Below are positions 1-10,230 of a stretch of DNA of 64,000 nt, piece by piece. The stretch is from an uncultured Fibrobacterota bacterium. GTDB taxonomy: Bacteria > Fibrobacterota > Chitinivibrionia > Chitinivibrionales > CAYFVL01. Numbering within the stretch: the stretch's first letter is position 1; each line of letters opens with the position of its first letter. The notes beneath the pieces were generated by a model. The model saw only the letters and a program-made list of their open reading frames with translations. It had not been told where the DNA came from and did no database searches. The stretch is from NCBI GenBank assembly GCA_964586285.1, contig CAZPHU010000001.1:63463-127462 (forward strand), written 5' to 3'. Made by a program: the position numbers and the translations under genes.

Positions 1-228
1 AAACGGATTAAAAAACAGGGTTATATTTATAATAGAGCGCAAAGATTTTCTTTCGGAGGACGGCATGCGTCTAATTTTGATCCCGTTGTATTCGGCGCTT
101 CGAGGCTCATCACGCAGATTCCTGGCAAATACGGTCACCTCATCACCGGTGCGCTTAAAAGATTCGGCAATTTTTTCGATTCTTATGTCCCAGGGAAATT
201 CACAGTCATAAACTAAAAGAATACGCAT
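1..228 (-). CDS. Glycosyltransferase (GT-B/GT4-like). Only the N-terminal 76 codons are present; the gene runs off the left edge.
   Basis: Hand translation of the minus strand from the ATG at 228 gives MRILLVYDCEFPWDIRIEKIAESFKRTGDEVTVFARNL..., a typical GT4 N-terminus. It sits next to an O-antigen-ligase-like gene. Confidence 0.5.
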   Translation of the reverse strand, partial: MRILLVYDCEFPWDIRIEKIAESFKRTGDEVTVFARNLRDEPRSAEYNGIKIRRMPSSERKSLRSIINITLFFNPF

Positions 229-242
229 ACTTATAAGTCCTG

Positions 243-1664
243 TTAATCGCCTGCGGTTAAAACGGATAACCCCGGATCTTCACCTTTTGTTTTTTGTTCA
301 TCCAGATCTCGGGTAAACTCGGAGGTACGGTTTTCGGCAACACTTCTCATTCCGTTCAGGGCGATAGCCGTTCCGGCAGCAAACCACCAGTATATTTCAT
401 ACAAATCCATTCCGAACATGCCCAAAGCAAGTCTAACAATTACAAATGTTAACATGGCTGAGCATATTGCCCGCATGAATCGAATATTCTTAAAATGATC
501 TTTTAGGGTAATATCCGATTCCCCGCCACTTTGATTTTCCAAATACTCGGAAAGAAATTCCTCTTGATCTTTTAAATTGATGTGGTTTGATCTTAGGATT
601 CCGATCAGTGCCCCTATAAAGAGAAAAAAAGCAATAAACCCCTGAACCCCCAAATTTGTTGCTACCTCAAGGTATAAATTGTGCGTATCCTGAACACGAT
701 TAAACATCTGCTCACGTACTGCCGGAAACGCTCCAACCCCTACCCCTTCCGGATACTCCCTAAATACCTTCCAAGCATCCTTAAGTATTTGAATACGACG
801 TTGGGCTGAATTTCCCTCCGCTTCCTGTAAGGTGAATATTGATGTGAATCGATTCCTGTATTGAACGGGGGTAAATATTACAGCCATAATAAGCAGCGGC
901 AATGATATCGCTGCCCAAAGTTTTTTCCTCCTTGATCTCATGAACAGAACTGTCATAAAGAATGCTAAAGCCACGTAACCAGTTCGTGATCCTGTAAACA
1001 GGATAATGTTAATGGAAAATACCGTCAATACCGCAAGGCCGATTTTCCCTACCTTTCCAACGACTGGATAAAGGTAATAGATGAAGGGAAGGACACCGAC
1101 TGCAAAACCGGAGTATGAATTGGGATGATGATACAGACTGGTACTACCGTGTAATCGTAAAATTCCCTGATTCTCCCACATCATATTTCCCGTCAGCACA
1201 CCATAGACCCCCTCCTGGCCCATCTTTGCCCATGCAAGCATGAAAGTAAATACGAACCATTTAAGATCACGGGGACTTTTTACGAATGCGGCGATAAAAA
1301 GCCCCATCATACCAAACTTTACAACTCGATTCCAGAAAACATTCACGGAATGATCAAAGGCGTGAGAGAAAGGAATCTGGATTGCTACCATCGCAAGATA
1401 TAGAACTATAAATTTCACAAGTGGTGAACTCACCGGTATACCCACAAAAGGCAGGAGCGCAACTAAAATGAGTCCAAATACAAACTCCAATCTCACAGCT
1501 CCAATCTCAGGCCACCGTTCGCCAACTTGTAAATACCATATGAAAACATAGCCGCAAAACATCATTAGAAGAATGAACGGCACCCTCTTGTAGACCACTT
1601 GACTTTCCTCTATCGCAGTTTCTTGCCTTTTATCCATAGTATCGCACACATTCCCACTTGACAT
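243..1664 (-). CDS. O-antigen ligase / polymerase-like (Wzy_C-type) polytopic membrane protein
   Basis: The 473-aa ORF has about 10 or more hydrophobic segments and a large loop after the central TMs (..FTGSRTGYVALAFF..), as in O-antigen ligase family proteins. Neighbours are polysaccharide-modifying enzymes. Confidence 0.6.
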   Translation of the reverse strand: MSSGNVCDTMDKRQETAIEESQVVYKRVPFILLMMFCGYVFIWYLQVGERWPEIGAVRLEFVFGLILVALLPFVGIPVSSPLVKFIVLYLAMVAIQIPFSHAFDHSVNVFWNRVVKFGMMGLFIAAFVKSPRDLKWFVFTFMLAWAKMGQEGVYGVLTGNMMWENQGILRLHGSTSLYHHPNSYSGFAVGVLPFIYYLYPVVGKVGKIGLAVLTVFSINIILFTGSRTGYVALAFFMTVLFMRSRRKKLWAAISLPLLIMAVIFTPVQYRNRFTSIFTLQEAEGNSAQRRIQILKDAWKVFREYPEGVGVGAFPAVREQMFNRVQDTHNLYLEVATNLGVQGFIAFFLFIGALIGILRSNHINLKDQEEFLSEYLENQSGGESDITLKDHFKNIRFMRAICSAMLTFVIVRLALGMFGMDLYEIYWWFAAGTAIALNGMRSVAENRTSEFTRDLDEQKTKGEDPGLSVLTAGD

Positions 1665-1966
1665 TTTACATTATTACACTCACTGCATGATAAGATGGCG
1701 CAAAAAACGTACCAGCGCCCCCTTTTAACCTTCAGAGGTGAATATCAATTCGTTTTCATGTACAGTACAGTTTGCTCTTTTTCCGGGAATGGTTTTAAAA
1801 TTGGGAAACGAACCTGTCAAAAAAAGCGAAACTTTTCACATATTTCAGGCATTGTGTTTGCTTTAGTATGGATTTTGGTTTGTGAAGTTGAAGCGGATCT
1901 GTCTAAAAAAATTAAATGATCTTTTCCCAGAAGATATGATCATTTCCGAATTCGAGGGGGTAAAAA

Positions 1967-3133
1967 TTGCAAGCAGGGTGGCAGCGCAAAGCAAAAGATT
2001 TATTCTGGCATACTCTTTATTATTGTGGAGGATTCAATCTTTTGCATTCTTTGAATGGTAATGCGAAGATTCTCATGTATCACAGGTTCAGCGAAAAGCC
2101 GTCTTTCCGAAAAATTAGTTTGCAGACGTTTGAATCGCAACTACGCCTGATAAAAAAACATTTCGAAATTATATCGCTTGGGGAATTTGTATGCTCTCTA
2201 AAGCGCGGCATCAGTCCTGGTTCCAATACGGTCGTACTGACTTTTGACGACGGATATCAGGATTTTTATTATTATGCTTTTCCCTTGTTGCAAAAGTATA
2301 GCCTGCCTGCAACTCTTTTTGTGACGACCGATTTTATTGACGGGAAAATGTGGATGTGGCCGGATGTGCTTGAGTATGCATTTTTACACACTCATAAGCG
2401 AACGATTCATTTACCTTTGGGGAATATTACTTACCGCTTCATGCTTGATTCCTATATATCTCGAATCAACGCATGGAATACGATTGCCGATCATTGCCTA
2501 AAAGTGAGTAACCTTGACAAATTTGTAATCATCGACACTGTTACTAGAATATGTGGTGTGCAAATACCGCAATACCCAGTATCGGACTACCAGGCATTGA
2601 ACTGGGATCAGCTGCGATACATGTCACATCATGACATAGAAATTGGTTCGCATACAGTTACACATCCGATACTCAGTAAAATGGAAAAAGCTGAGAACCT
2701 ATCATATGAGATAAACGCTTCCAAGAAAAGGATTTCCGATTGTCTTGATGTTGATGTAAATTCCTTCGCCTATCCAAACGGGAATTTAGGAGATTATAAC
2801 ATGCTTGCAAAACAGGCCATAAAGAAAGCCGGCTATGAATGCGCGGTGGTAAGCTATCCCGCTGCCCCCGGGCCGAATACGGATTCTCTTTTCGAATTGG
2901 GACGCAGTTCAGTTGGGGAGGATATCGTTTGTTTCAAAAAGAAAATCTATAATGTGGAAAAACCATATATACGCTTCTTTTCCCCCGGGTTGAGCACTCA
3001 TGATTTTCGCAATACCCATAACCCGCTGATTGAAACTCAACCGGACAGGCGCACCGAAAAGTCAAGCGACAGGCATTTTTCTTTAAACATGATTTCTTCA
3101 AAAAACAAAAAATCAGCTCAGAGGAACGTATGA
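1967..3133 (+). CDS. Polysaccharide deacetylase (NodB / CE4 family)
   Basis: NodB motifs are present: LTFDDGYQDFY (TFDDG), GSHTVTHP (HxxxH) and AYPNG. The TTG start is preceded by GAGGGGG. The stop overlaps the next start (ATGA). Confidence 0.85.
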   Translation: MQAGWQRKAKDLFWHTLYYCGGFNLLHSLNGNAKILMYHRFSEKPSFRKISLQTFESQLRLIKKHFEIISLGEFVCSLKRGISPGSNTVVLTFDDGYQDFYYYAFPLLQKYSLPATLFVTTDFIDGKMWMWPDVLEYAFLHTHKRTIHLPLGNITYRFMLDSYISRINAWNTIADHCLKVSNLDKFVIIDTVTRICGVQIPQYPVSDYQALNWDQLRYMSHHDIEIGSHTVTHPILSKMEKAENLSYEINASKKRISDCLDVDVNSFAYPNGNLGDYNMLAKQAIKKAGYECAVVSYPAAPGPNTDSLFELGRSSVGEDIVCFKKKIYNVEKPYIRFFSPGLSTHDFRNTHNPLIETQPDRRTEKSSDRHFSLNMISSKNKKSAQRNV

Positions 3134-4179
3134 ATCGAATATCTCCCGAAATAGTAAGAGCCGAACCGGCTCGAGAAAAGGATAAGATCAATGCATTATG
3201 GGAAAAGAACTTCGGCAAGGATTTAAATGCCAGATATAGCTGGTTATATGAAAATGAACGCTCACCCGCACCTTTTGTTTTCACCGCTGAATCGGAACAG
3301 TCGGCGGTCGTGGGTATGATTGCCCTCATGCACAGGAACTTTTCATTCAGAGAAAAGGATGTGCCCGGTGGACAAACTATTGATTTTATGGTAGATAAAG
3401 AATACAGAAACCTTTTCACCGCCCTAAAGCTTCAAAAAAGTGTCATCCAGGCTGCACATGATATGAGAATCGAACTGGTTTACGGCTTTCCCAATGAGAA
3501 GAGTGAACCTGTTCAAAAGCGTACAGGCTTTGCTGATATCGGTCCCTTTCAAAGATGGGTTAAGGTATTGCATACCGAACCGCGGCTAAGCAAGATCCTT
3601 AACAGCAGCCAAGCCGCGAAACCGCTTTCAGCGGCTGCCGATTTTGCATTACACATCGGCTCCCGTGAGTTTTGGCACTCTCATACTAATCAGATTCAGG
3701 CATCAATCGAGCAAGGGTTTGACAGCCGGTTTGACGATTTATGGAAATCAGTCAGGAGGCACTATCCGTTGATTGGAGAAAGAAATGCAGACTTTCTTTC
3801 CTGGCGATTTAATAACTGTCCTCATAAGAAATACAGAGTATTTTGCATTCACGATAATAATCGGCGACTCCTGGCCTATGCGGTTTTCTTTCAGGAAAAC
3901 GATCGCATACATGTCGACGACTTTCTCGCCCGCGATGAAAAATGTCTGGATCATCTATTAATACAACTCAGCGCCTTGATGCGCAGATCGGTGGTCTCAT
4001 CTATTTCATTACGATTTCTGGGAAGTTCAAATGTAGAAGAGGTTCTTAGCCGCAATGGTTTTCTAAGACGTCCTAGTCAAGAACGCTTACTTGTTCATGC
4101 ATCACACGAACACAATTTTGGATCTTACGTATCCAACAAACAAGCCTGGTACATGACCGAAGCGGACCATGATACATAA
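3130..4179 (+). CDS. GNAT-like acetyltransferase (tandem acyl-CoA N-acyltransferase fold), function unknown
   Basis: The 349-aa ORF is translationally coupled to the deacetylase. Its overall pattern resembles the ~350-aa GNAT family proteins found in exopolysaccharide loci. No sharp motif was identified by eye. Confidence 0.45.
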   Translation: MNRISPEIVRAEPAREKDKINALWEKNFGKDLNARYSWLYENERSPAPFVFTAESEQSAVVGMIALMHRNFSFREKDVPGGQTIDFMVDKEYRNLFTALKLQKSVIQAAHDMRIELVYGFPNEKSEPVQKRTGFADIGPFQRWVKVLHTEPRLSKILNSSQAAKPLSAAADFALHIGSREFWHSHTNQIQASIEQGFDSRFDDLWKSVRRHYPLIGERNADFLSWRFNNCPHKKYRVFCIHDNNRRLLAYAVFFQENDRIHVDDFLARDEKCLDHLLIQLSALMRRSVVSSISLRFLGSSNVEEVLSRNGFLRRPSQERLLVHASHEHNFGSYVSNKQAWYMTEADHDT

Positions 4180-4279
4180 AAACTCTCTTGTAGTGGGAGA
4201 GGCAATAATCTTTTTCCTCTCATTGCCACGCAAGTTTAGATACTGAGACTTAAAGTTTTGCGATTTGAAGGGAATTTCT

Positions 4280-5284
4280 ATGAACCAAGAGCAGGATAAT
4301 GATTTTAAGCAACTGAAGGAAAAATTGCCGCAAATGGATATTTCTCAAGTCTATTACCTGCTTCAGGAAACGAATAAAAACACTCAACCCAGGCGGTATA
4401 ACTTACTCAAAAAACACTTGGCCGAGATGGAAGAGATTCGAAGCGGTTTACTGGGTAAAAGCAATACTTCCCCCGAAAAATATCCCAAGCTCAGCAACGC
4501 GGTTTTATTGCTTCTTTTCTTGGTTGCCTTACAGCTTGCGGTAACCATAACGGCGCGGTGGTTAGTTAGCAGGATTGGAATCGGATTAAACAATTCAATC
4601 GAGATCGCTATTGCGGGTGTTGCTAATCTGGTTGCTTTCACGACCGTTATCATTTATGCAAGCCGGTATATCGCTTCCGATATAAAGAAAGTGATGCTTA
4701 TTAATGGATTTAATATTTTTTCCCTTTTTCCACTCATCATTTCCGTAATCGGATTGAGCATCATCGGTTCGGAAATAGATAACCTTATACGCCATCTTTT
4801 TCCACCATCCGAACTTATTGAAAAGACGATGAGGGATATTACGACATCCGGACCAGCCGGTATTTTCACTCTGGTTATAATAGCCCCACTAACCGAAGAG
4901 TTTCTTTTTAGAGGGCTTTTTCTTCACGGATTTGCACGAAATTATGGAAAAAGGGGCGCAATCATTGCTTCCGCCTTACTTTTTGCTCTAATTCATCTAA
5001 ATCCATATCAAATGATTCCCGCTTTTCTTGCGGGCTTGTTTCTTGGTTGGATCACTCTAAATAGCGGATCAATATGGCCGGCAATCATCTCACATGGTCT
5101 TACAAATGGTCTGCTGCTCCTTGTCAGTTGGCTGCGTCCGGATATTTCCGGTGTAGTTCAACGTGGCGTGTTGGAGTATCAACCTTTGTGGCTGAATGCT
5201 CTTGGGGTTATACTTTTGATAGCGGGTATAATGTGGCTGATGAAAATCTTCCAGACTAAAGATATAGAAAGCATCTATTCATAA
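4280..5284 (+). CDS. CPBP (CAAX/Abi) family intramembrane glutamic protease
   Basis: All three CPBP motifs are present: PLTEEFLFRG (EExxxR), LLFALIHL (FxxxH) and ISHGLTNG (HxxxN). The protein is multi-TM. The ATG at 4280 is preceded by GAAGGGA. Confidence 0.85.
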   Translation: MNQEQDNDFKQLKEKLPQMDISQVYYLLQETNKNTQPRRYNLLKKHLAEMEEIRSGLLGKSNTSPEKYPKLSNAVLLLLFLVALQLAVTITARWLVSRIGIGLNNSIEIAIAGVANLVAFTTVIIYASRYIASDIKKVMLINGFNIFSLFPLIISVIGLSIIGSEIDNLIRHLFPPSELIEKTMRDITTSGPAGIFTLVIIAPLTEEFLFRGLFLHGFARNYGKRGAIIASALLFALIHLNPYQMIPAFLAGLFLGWITLNSGSIWPAIISHGLTNGLLLLVSWLRPDISGVVQRGVLEYQPLWLNALGVILLIAGIMWLMKIFQTKDIESIYS

Positions 5285-5306
5285 CAAAACATTTTAATGC
5301 GATTTT

Positions 5307-5571
5307 TCAATCTGTCGGTTGAAACATAACGCGAAGAATGAAGACGTTTGAGGCATATCGAACGCCTCGGTCAGAGTGGAACATCAGCCCAGACTGCGGC
5401 CCTACGCCTTCCTATGGCGCGCCACAGCGCCTTCAGCACGCTCTGATGGCTCAAGGAATCACTGACCGCCCACCCAACGATCATTTGCGAAAACAGATCG
5501 ATAATAACCGTCAGATAGGCACAGCCTGCCTTGGTACACAAGTAGGTAATGTCAGCACTTTCAATAGCCAT
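5307..5571 (-). pseudogene. IS3-family transposase fragment (rve/DDE core), frameshifted and truncated at both ends
   Basis: The minus-strand ORF reads ADITYLCTKAGCAYLTVIIDLFSQMIVGWAVSDSLSHQSVLKALWRAI, matching the DITYI..W.YL..VIDLFSR.IVGW motif. The expected continuation GLMFHSDRGVRYASNVF (HSDRGxQY motif) lies in a different frame (5307-5390). No N-terminal HTH part and no C-terminal part are present. Confidence 0.7.
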
Positions 5572-6107
5572 TTGGCCATCTTAAAAAGTCATTTGGACGA
5601 CGAACGATACATTTGTCTACCACCAAACCATTTCTGGGCATTTTAAGAGCATATTTTGGGGAATGTGATCCTTCATTATAAGCGACGGCTATCATATCTG
5701 ACAGCTTTTTGGGTAAACTGAGAAGATATAAACAGCTCATATCATAGTTATTGCATATTGCATCTTTTAGTCAGATTATTTATCCTTCTTTCAGCAACAT
5801 TTTTTCTCTTGCCTTTAAGATGACTTCAGCAACATTGGAAGCACCTTCTGCTTTCAATTAAATTTTCCGCAATATGCGATTGGAAAAATCGAATTGTTTT
5901 TAAAATCACTCAAGAAGGGAAATCACACAGATGCTGTTGCCACTATTTCTAAGTACTCTGATTTTTTCAAGCTATCTTTTCTTGCGCTTTTCTCGCAAAG
6001 CGACGCCGATTTACATTTCCGCGATAAAGCACACAGGCGACCATTCCGAATGATATAACTGTAAGCCCTTTTAGTTGAAAATTATTGAAATTACAGGAGG
6101 TCTTCCA

Positions 6108-6266
6108 ATGACTGAGAAGTCTGTTGATTCCAGCCGCCTTTTCCGTGGCCGCCCAAACAGAAAAAACGACATCGAAAGAGATGATGTCATAAGCCTGAAG
6201 ATCGATTTAGAAGTACTCGATACCGAAGAGCTGTATAGGAAATATTTCTTGATTGCTAAGAAGTAA
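6108..6266 (+). CDS. Small hypothetical protein (52 aa)
   Basis: The ATG at 6108 is preceded by AGGAGG at a good distance. The product, MTEKSVDSSRLFRGRPNRKNDIERDDVISLKIDLEVLDTEELYRKYFLIAKK, belongs to no family I recognise. Confidence 0.3.
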   Translation: MTEKSVDSSRLFRGRPNRKNDIERDDVISLKIDLEVLDTEELYRKYFLIAKK

Positions 6267-6382
6267 GACGCTCTTTTTTAATATATCTTCACTACACTCG
6301 TTTCAATCAAGCCGGACACGACCGCTCAGATGAACCGACAGTCTTGTTGAGAACGTAACATTACACACTCTTGTCATAATTC

Positions 6383-6412
6383 TTGACACAGATGATGCCG
6401 TTTTTGTATAAT
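6383..6412 (+). promoter_or_regulatory. Sigma70-like promoter upstream of ablA (TTGACA-N18-TATAAT)
   Basis: TTGACA lies at 6383-6388 and TATAAT at 6407-6412, with an 18-nt spacer. A second, weaker TTGACA-N15-TATAGT follows at 6427-6453. Confidence 0.35.
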
Positions 6413-6656
6413 TATAAACGTAGATATTGACATTATTTTGGCAATACTATAGTCCTCTTTTTGCCTCTGGTTAAAATGAGCGGTATCCTCATTTCAAACT
6501 TGAAGAGAAACTACATAATCAATTTTGGAATCAAATCTTCAGTGGATATCCGGTTAAATTCGACATTTTTCATCTAAATGTTCTTTTTACCAGGGGTAAA
6601 TTACATAATTCTTGAAAATCAAGAAAATAAACAGCACCCATATAAAAGGAGATAAT

Positions 6657-7985
6657 ATGCCATTGATCCAGCAACGCGAAATGGAAATTACCCGTAAGAT
6701 TCATCCGGAGCATAACAAATCTCACTGGCGCGATTGGAGATGGCAGATGAGACATGCAATAAAGGATATCGAAACTTTCGAAGAGCTTACCGGGATTAAA
6801 TTCACCGAAAAGGAAAAGAAGGAATATCATAAGGTCTTAGAGAAGTTTCCTCTCTCAATTACTCCATACTACCTGAGTTTGATTGAAAAGGATAATTACA
6901 AATATGATCCTATTTTTCTGCAATCCTTTCCATCTATTCATGAGCTTCAAATTGATTTAAATGATCTTCGTGACCCTTTGGCCGAGGACAAGGACAGCCC
7001 GGTTCCCGGAATCACTCATCGTTATCCGGATAGAGTGCTGTTTCATGTCAGTAATACCTGCTCCATGTATTGTAGGCATTGTACCCGAAAGCGTAAGGTC
7101 GGCGATATGGATTCGATTCCCGGTTCGGAAGAAATGAAACAGGGTATCGAATATATCAAAAACACTCCGATGGTAAGAGATGTATTGCTCTCGGGAGGAG
7201 ATCCTTTCCTTTTGTCCGATAAGACACTTGACTGGCTTCTCGGTGAACTCAGCGCAATAGAGCATGTTGAAGTCATACGTATTGGGACAAGAACCCCGGT
7301 TGTTCTTCCCTACCGAATAACCGATGAACTGGTTGAGGTACTCAAGAAACATCACCCTGTTTGGATCAATACACATTTTAACCATCCACGCGAAGTTTCG
7401 GCCGCATCCAGGGAAGCTTTGCGCAAGTTGGCCGACGCCGGAGTTCCACTTGGCAATCAGACGGTTTTACTTGCCGGAGTAAATGACTGCCCTCGCATTA
7501 TGCGACGCCTGGTACATAAGCTGGTGGCCAATAGAGTGCGCCCGTACTACCTTTATCAATGTGATCTGTCGGAAGGTCTTACTCATTTCCGCACCCCTGT
7601 AGGTAAAGGTATCGAAATAATCGAAAGTCTGATCGGGCACACAAGTGGGTTTGCCGTACCTACATATGTAATTGACGCTCCTGGTGGCGGCGGAAAAATC
7701 CCTGTTATGCCTCAGTACATGATTTCGTTGTCTACCAATAAGGTTGTGCTGAGAAACTATGAGGGAATGATAACAACATACAAAGAGCCCGATTCTTATG
7801 AACCACAGTTCTGTGATCGTAACTGCGAGACCTGTAAGCTTCAATTGAAACTTGAAGGAACCGAATCCGAAGACGCGAAAAGTATCGGCATAGAAATGCT
7901 TCTGGCCGATCATGACGACACAATTTCTCTTGTCCCCGAAAATAACGATAGGATGTCTCGACGCGAAGACGATTCGGAGGATTAA
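6657..7985 (+). CDS. ablA: L-lysine 2,3-aminomutase (radical SAM, PLP-dependent)
   Basis: The radical-SAM motif [11 protein letters not shown] is present, with strong overall KamA-like sequence ([37 protein letters not shown]). The ATG at 6657 lies 5 nt after AGGAG. Confidence 0.9.
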   Translation: MPLIQQREMEITRKIHPEHNKSHWRDWRWQMRHAIKDIETFEELTGIKFTEKEKKEYHKVLEKFPLSITPYYLSLIEKDNYKYDPIFLQSFPSIHELQIDLNDLRDPLAEDKDSPVPGITHRYPDRVLFHVSNTCSMYCRHCTRKRKVGDMDSIPGSEEMKQGIEYIKNTPMVRDVLLSGGDPFLLSDKTLDWLLGELSAIEHVEVIRIGTRTPVVLPYRITDELVEVLKKHHPVWINTHFNHPREVSAASREALRKLADAGVPLGNQTVLLAGVNDCPRIMRRLVHKLVANRVRPYYLYQCDLSEGLTHFRTPVGKGIEIIESLIGHTSGFAVPTYVIDAPGGGGKIPVMPQYMISLSTNKVVLRNYEGMITTYKEPDSYEPQFCDRNCETCKLQLKLEGTESEDAKSIGIEMLLADHDDTISLVPENNDRMSRREDDSED

Positions 7986-7987
7986 GA

Positions 7988-9445
7988 ATGACATGGACGC
8001 GTCACCTCTTATGCTTTCTTTTCCTTAATCTTTTTCTCCTACAAACGGTTTCAGCAGCGACCGAGAGCTTCTCGGTCGCTCTTACCGGAAAATATCCACC
8101 TTTTAGTTTCTACGATAAGGATGGTGAACTTTGCGGCTTTGATGTTGATGTTTCCAAAGCCGTAGCCAACGATCTCAATCGCCGTTTAGAGATCATAACT
8201 ACCGAATGGGACGGAATACTCGCTGGTTTGCTTGCCGGAAAATTCGACGCGATCATCGGTTCCATGGCGATAACGCAGGAGCGTTCGAAAAAGGTTACCT
8301 TTTCGCTTCCTTACTATGAATCCGGAGCGCAGGTTTTTATTCATCGTAATAACGTAAACCGTATCACCGGAATAAAAGACCTCGAGGGTAAAAAAGTAGG
8401 GGTTGTTCTTGGCGAAACCTACGAGCATTACTTGCGAAATAACCATCCGGAAATTTCGGTAGTGGCATATAAAAGCACTGTCGACATTTTCCAGGACATG
8501 AAAAACGACCGCCTTAGCGGCTTTCTCAGCGATCGATTAGTCGGAATGTATCAGATCAAATCGGCAGCCATGCCGTTTGTTCCTGCCGGTGAACTATTAT
8601 ATAAGGAACAAATGGGTATTCCGGTCAAAAAAGGAAAAATTGAGATTGTCAATGCAATCAACGCCTCTTTACACCGCCTACAATCCAATGGGACTCTTGG
8701 TTCCATCCATGAAAAATGGTTTGGTGCGATTGACACAAAAGCCCCCGTCGAGCCTCAGGAGGGGAAAATTCCGACAACGACCTCTTCCTCGGCATTAGAA
8801 TCGGCAACGGTTGTCTCGAAATTGATTCAGGGTTTTGCCGTGACCGTTGGGATTGCGCTCATTTCCCTTTTGCTCGGTTTTGGGCTTGCCATTCCGGCAG
8901 GTTTAGTTTTACACGCCGAGCCCAAAGGTTGGTATCATATAATAAGGGCGATAACCGATTTTATTAGAGGAACACCTGTTTTGATACAGCTGTTTTTTGT
9001 TTATTTTGGTGCGCCTCAGATTGGGATTTCGATTTCTCCCATCACCTCCGCTGTTATAACACTTACAGTAAACTCTTCCGCCTATATGTCGGAGGTTATT
9101 CGATCGGGGTTAATGGCGGTAGATAGAGGGCAAGCCCTTGCCACAAAGGCCCTTGGGCTTAGTCGACTGCAATCATTTCGACATGTAATATGGCCTCAGG
9201 CTTTCAGAGTTGCCATGCCGCCGCTTGTCAACTCATCAGTAGCACTTTTAAAGGATACGGCACTGATTTCCGTGATATCGGTCAGCGAAATTATCCGCGA
9301 GGCACAATCCATCATCTCCGTGACCTACAATCCTATGAAGTACTACCTGATTGTGGCGATCATGTTCTTTGTTTTGACCTATCCATTGATGAAACTTGCG
9401 GGCAAGCTGGAGAAAATCATAAAAAGTAAGGGATTTACCGCATGA
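7988..9445 (+). CDS. Polar amino-acid ABC transporter: periplasmic substrate-binding domain fused to the permease domain
   Basis: It has a signal peptide and a type-3 SBP-like N-half (GFDVDV, GKFDAIIGSMAIT). The C-half is a HisM/GlnP-type permease with an EAA-like loop (ALGLSRLQSFRHVIWPQA). Confidence 0.85.
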   Translation: MTWTRHLLCFLFLNLFLLQTVSAATESFSVALTGKYPPFSFYDKDGELCGFDVDVSKAVANDLNRRLEIITTEWDGILAGLLAGKFDAIIGSMAITQERSKKVTFSLPYYESGAQVFIHRNNVNRITGIKDLEGKKVGVVLGETYEHYLRNNHPEISVVAYKSTVDIFQDMKNDRLSGFLSDRLVGMYQIKSAAMPFVPAGELLYKEQMGIPVKKGKIEIVNAINASLHRLQSNGTLGSIHEKWFGAIDTKAPVEPQEGKIPTTTSSSALESATVVSKLIQGFAVTVGIALISLLLGFGLAIPAGLVLHAEPKGWYHIIRAITDFIRGTPVLIQLFFVYFGAPQIGISISPITSAVITLTVNSSAYMSEVIRSGLMAVDRGQALATKALGLSRLQSFRHVIWPQAFRVAMPPLVNSSVALLKDTALISVISVSEIIREAQSIISVTYNPMKYYLIVAIMFFVLTYPLMKLAGKLEKIIKSKGFTA

Positions 9446-10161
9446 TATCAATCGAAAATTTAACCTATTCTTATATATCGGGAACCCCGGCACTTAATAA
9501 TGTGTCGGCTACATTGCCGGATAAAAGCAGTATTTCGGTTGTTCTGGGAGAAAGTGGATCAGGCAAGACAACCTTCCTGCGTTGTTTCGGTAAATTCATA
9601 AAACCTCAAAATGGACGCATATTGGTTGACGGTACTGATATTCGGCACATTGATGAAAAACATTTCAGAAAGAAGGTAGGGATAGTTTTTCAGCGGCTGT
9701 ATCTGTTTCCCCATTTATCGGTGATGGGAAATCTTACGCTTGCGCTGGAAAAAGTTGCTCACCTCCCCAAAAAAGAAGCGCGGGAAAGGTCCATGGGAAT
9801 GCTTCAGAGGCTGGGAATCGAACAACTGGTGGAGAATTATCCCGTTCAATTAAGCGGCGGTCAGGCACAAAGAGTAGCCATTGCCCGAGCGCTGGTTCTT
9901 AAACCTCGGTATCTGCTTTTGGATGAACCGACCTCCGCCCTTGACATAAACACAACCAGAGATTTTGGAGAATGGCTGGTTCATTTGCAAGAGCGTACTA
10001 AGTTCATTATTGTCACTCACGACATTCCTTTTGCTCAAGAAGTCGCCTCTGACGGCATCCTGCTGGAAAAAGGCAAAATTAAAGACTGTGGGGATATTGC
10101 GGATATAATTGAAACTTTTACGGTTCTTCACCAGTCGGCACAAACCGCAAATAACGCATAA
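9442..10161 (+). CDS. Amino-acid ABC transporter ATP-binding protein (GlnQ/HisP-like)
   Basis: Walker A (GESGSGKTT), ABC signature (LSGGQAQRVAIARAL) and Walker B (LLLDEPTSALD) are present. The start overlaps the upstream stop by 4 nt. Confidence 0.9.
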   Translation: MISIENLTYSYISGTPALNNVSATLPDKSSISVVLGESGSGKTTFLRCFGKFIKPQNGRILVDGTDIRHIDEKHFRKKVGIVFQRLYLFPHLSVMGNLTLALEKVAHLPKKEARERSMGMLQRLGIEQLVENYPVQLSGGQAQRVAIARALVLKPRYLLLDEPTSALDINTTRDFGEWLVHLQERTKFIIVTHDIPFAQEVASDGILLEKGKIKDCGDIADIIETFTVLHQSAQTANNA

Positions 10162-10230
10162 AAGACTACTTTTTTCTCTCTTTTATTGTAACTTGGCCGG
10201 ATTAATTCGGCACGTGTATTAGGAATTACT

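Noticed and set aside
1695-1919. 74-aa ORF in the divergent region between the O-antigen-ligase-like and deacetylase genes.
   Set aside because: It has no SD and a low-complexity product. The position is better explained as a divergent promoter region.
5338-5646. 102-aa plus-strand ORF.
   Set aside because: It is the antisense shadow of the IS3 transposase fragment. It has no SD and no recognisable family.
6267-6656. Possible lysine (L-box) riboswitch in the long leader before the lysine aminomutase gene.
   Set aside because: I could not recognise the conserved L-box core elements or its five-helix layout. The region is mostly AT-rich with promoter-like hexamers.
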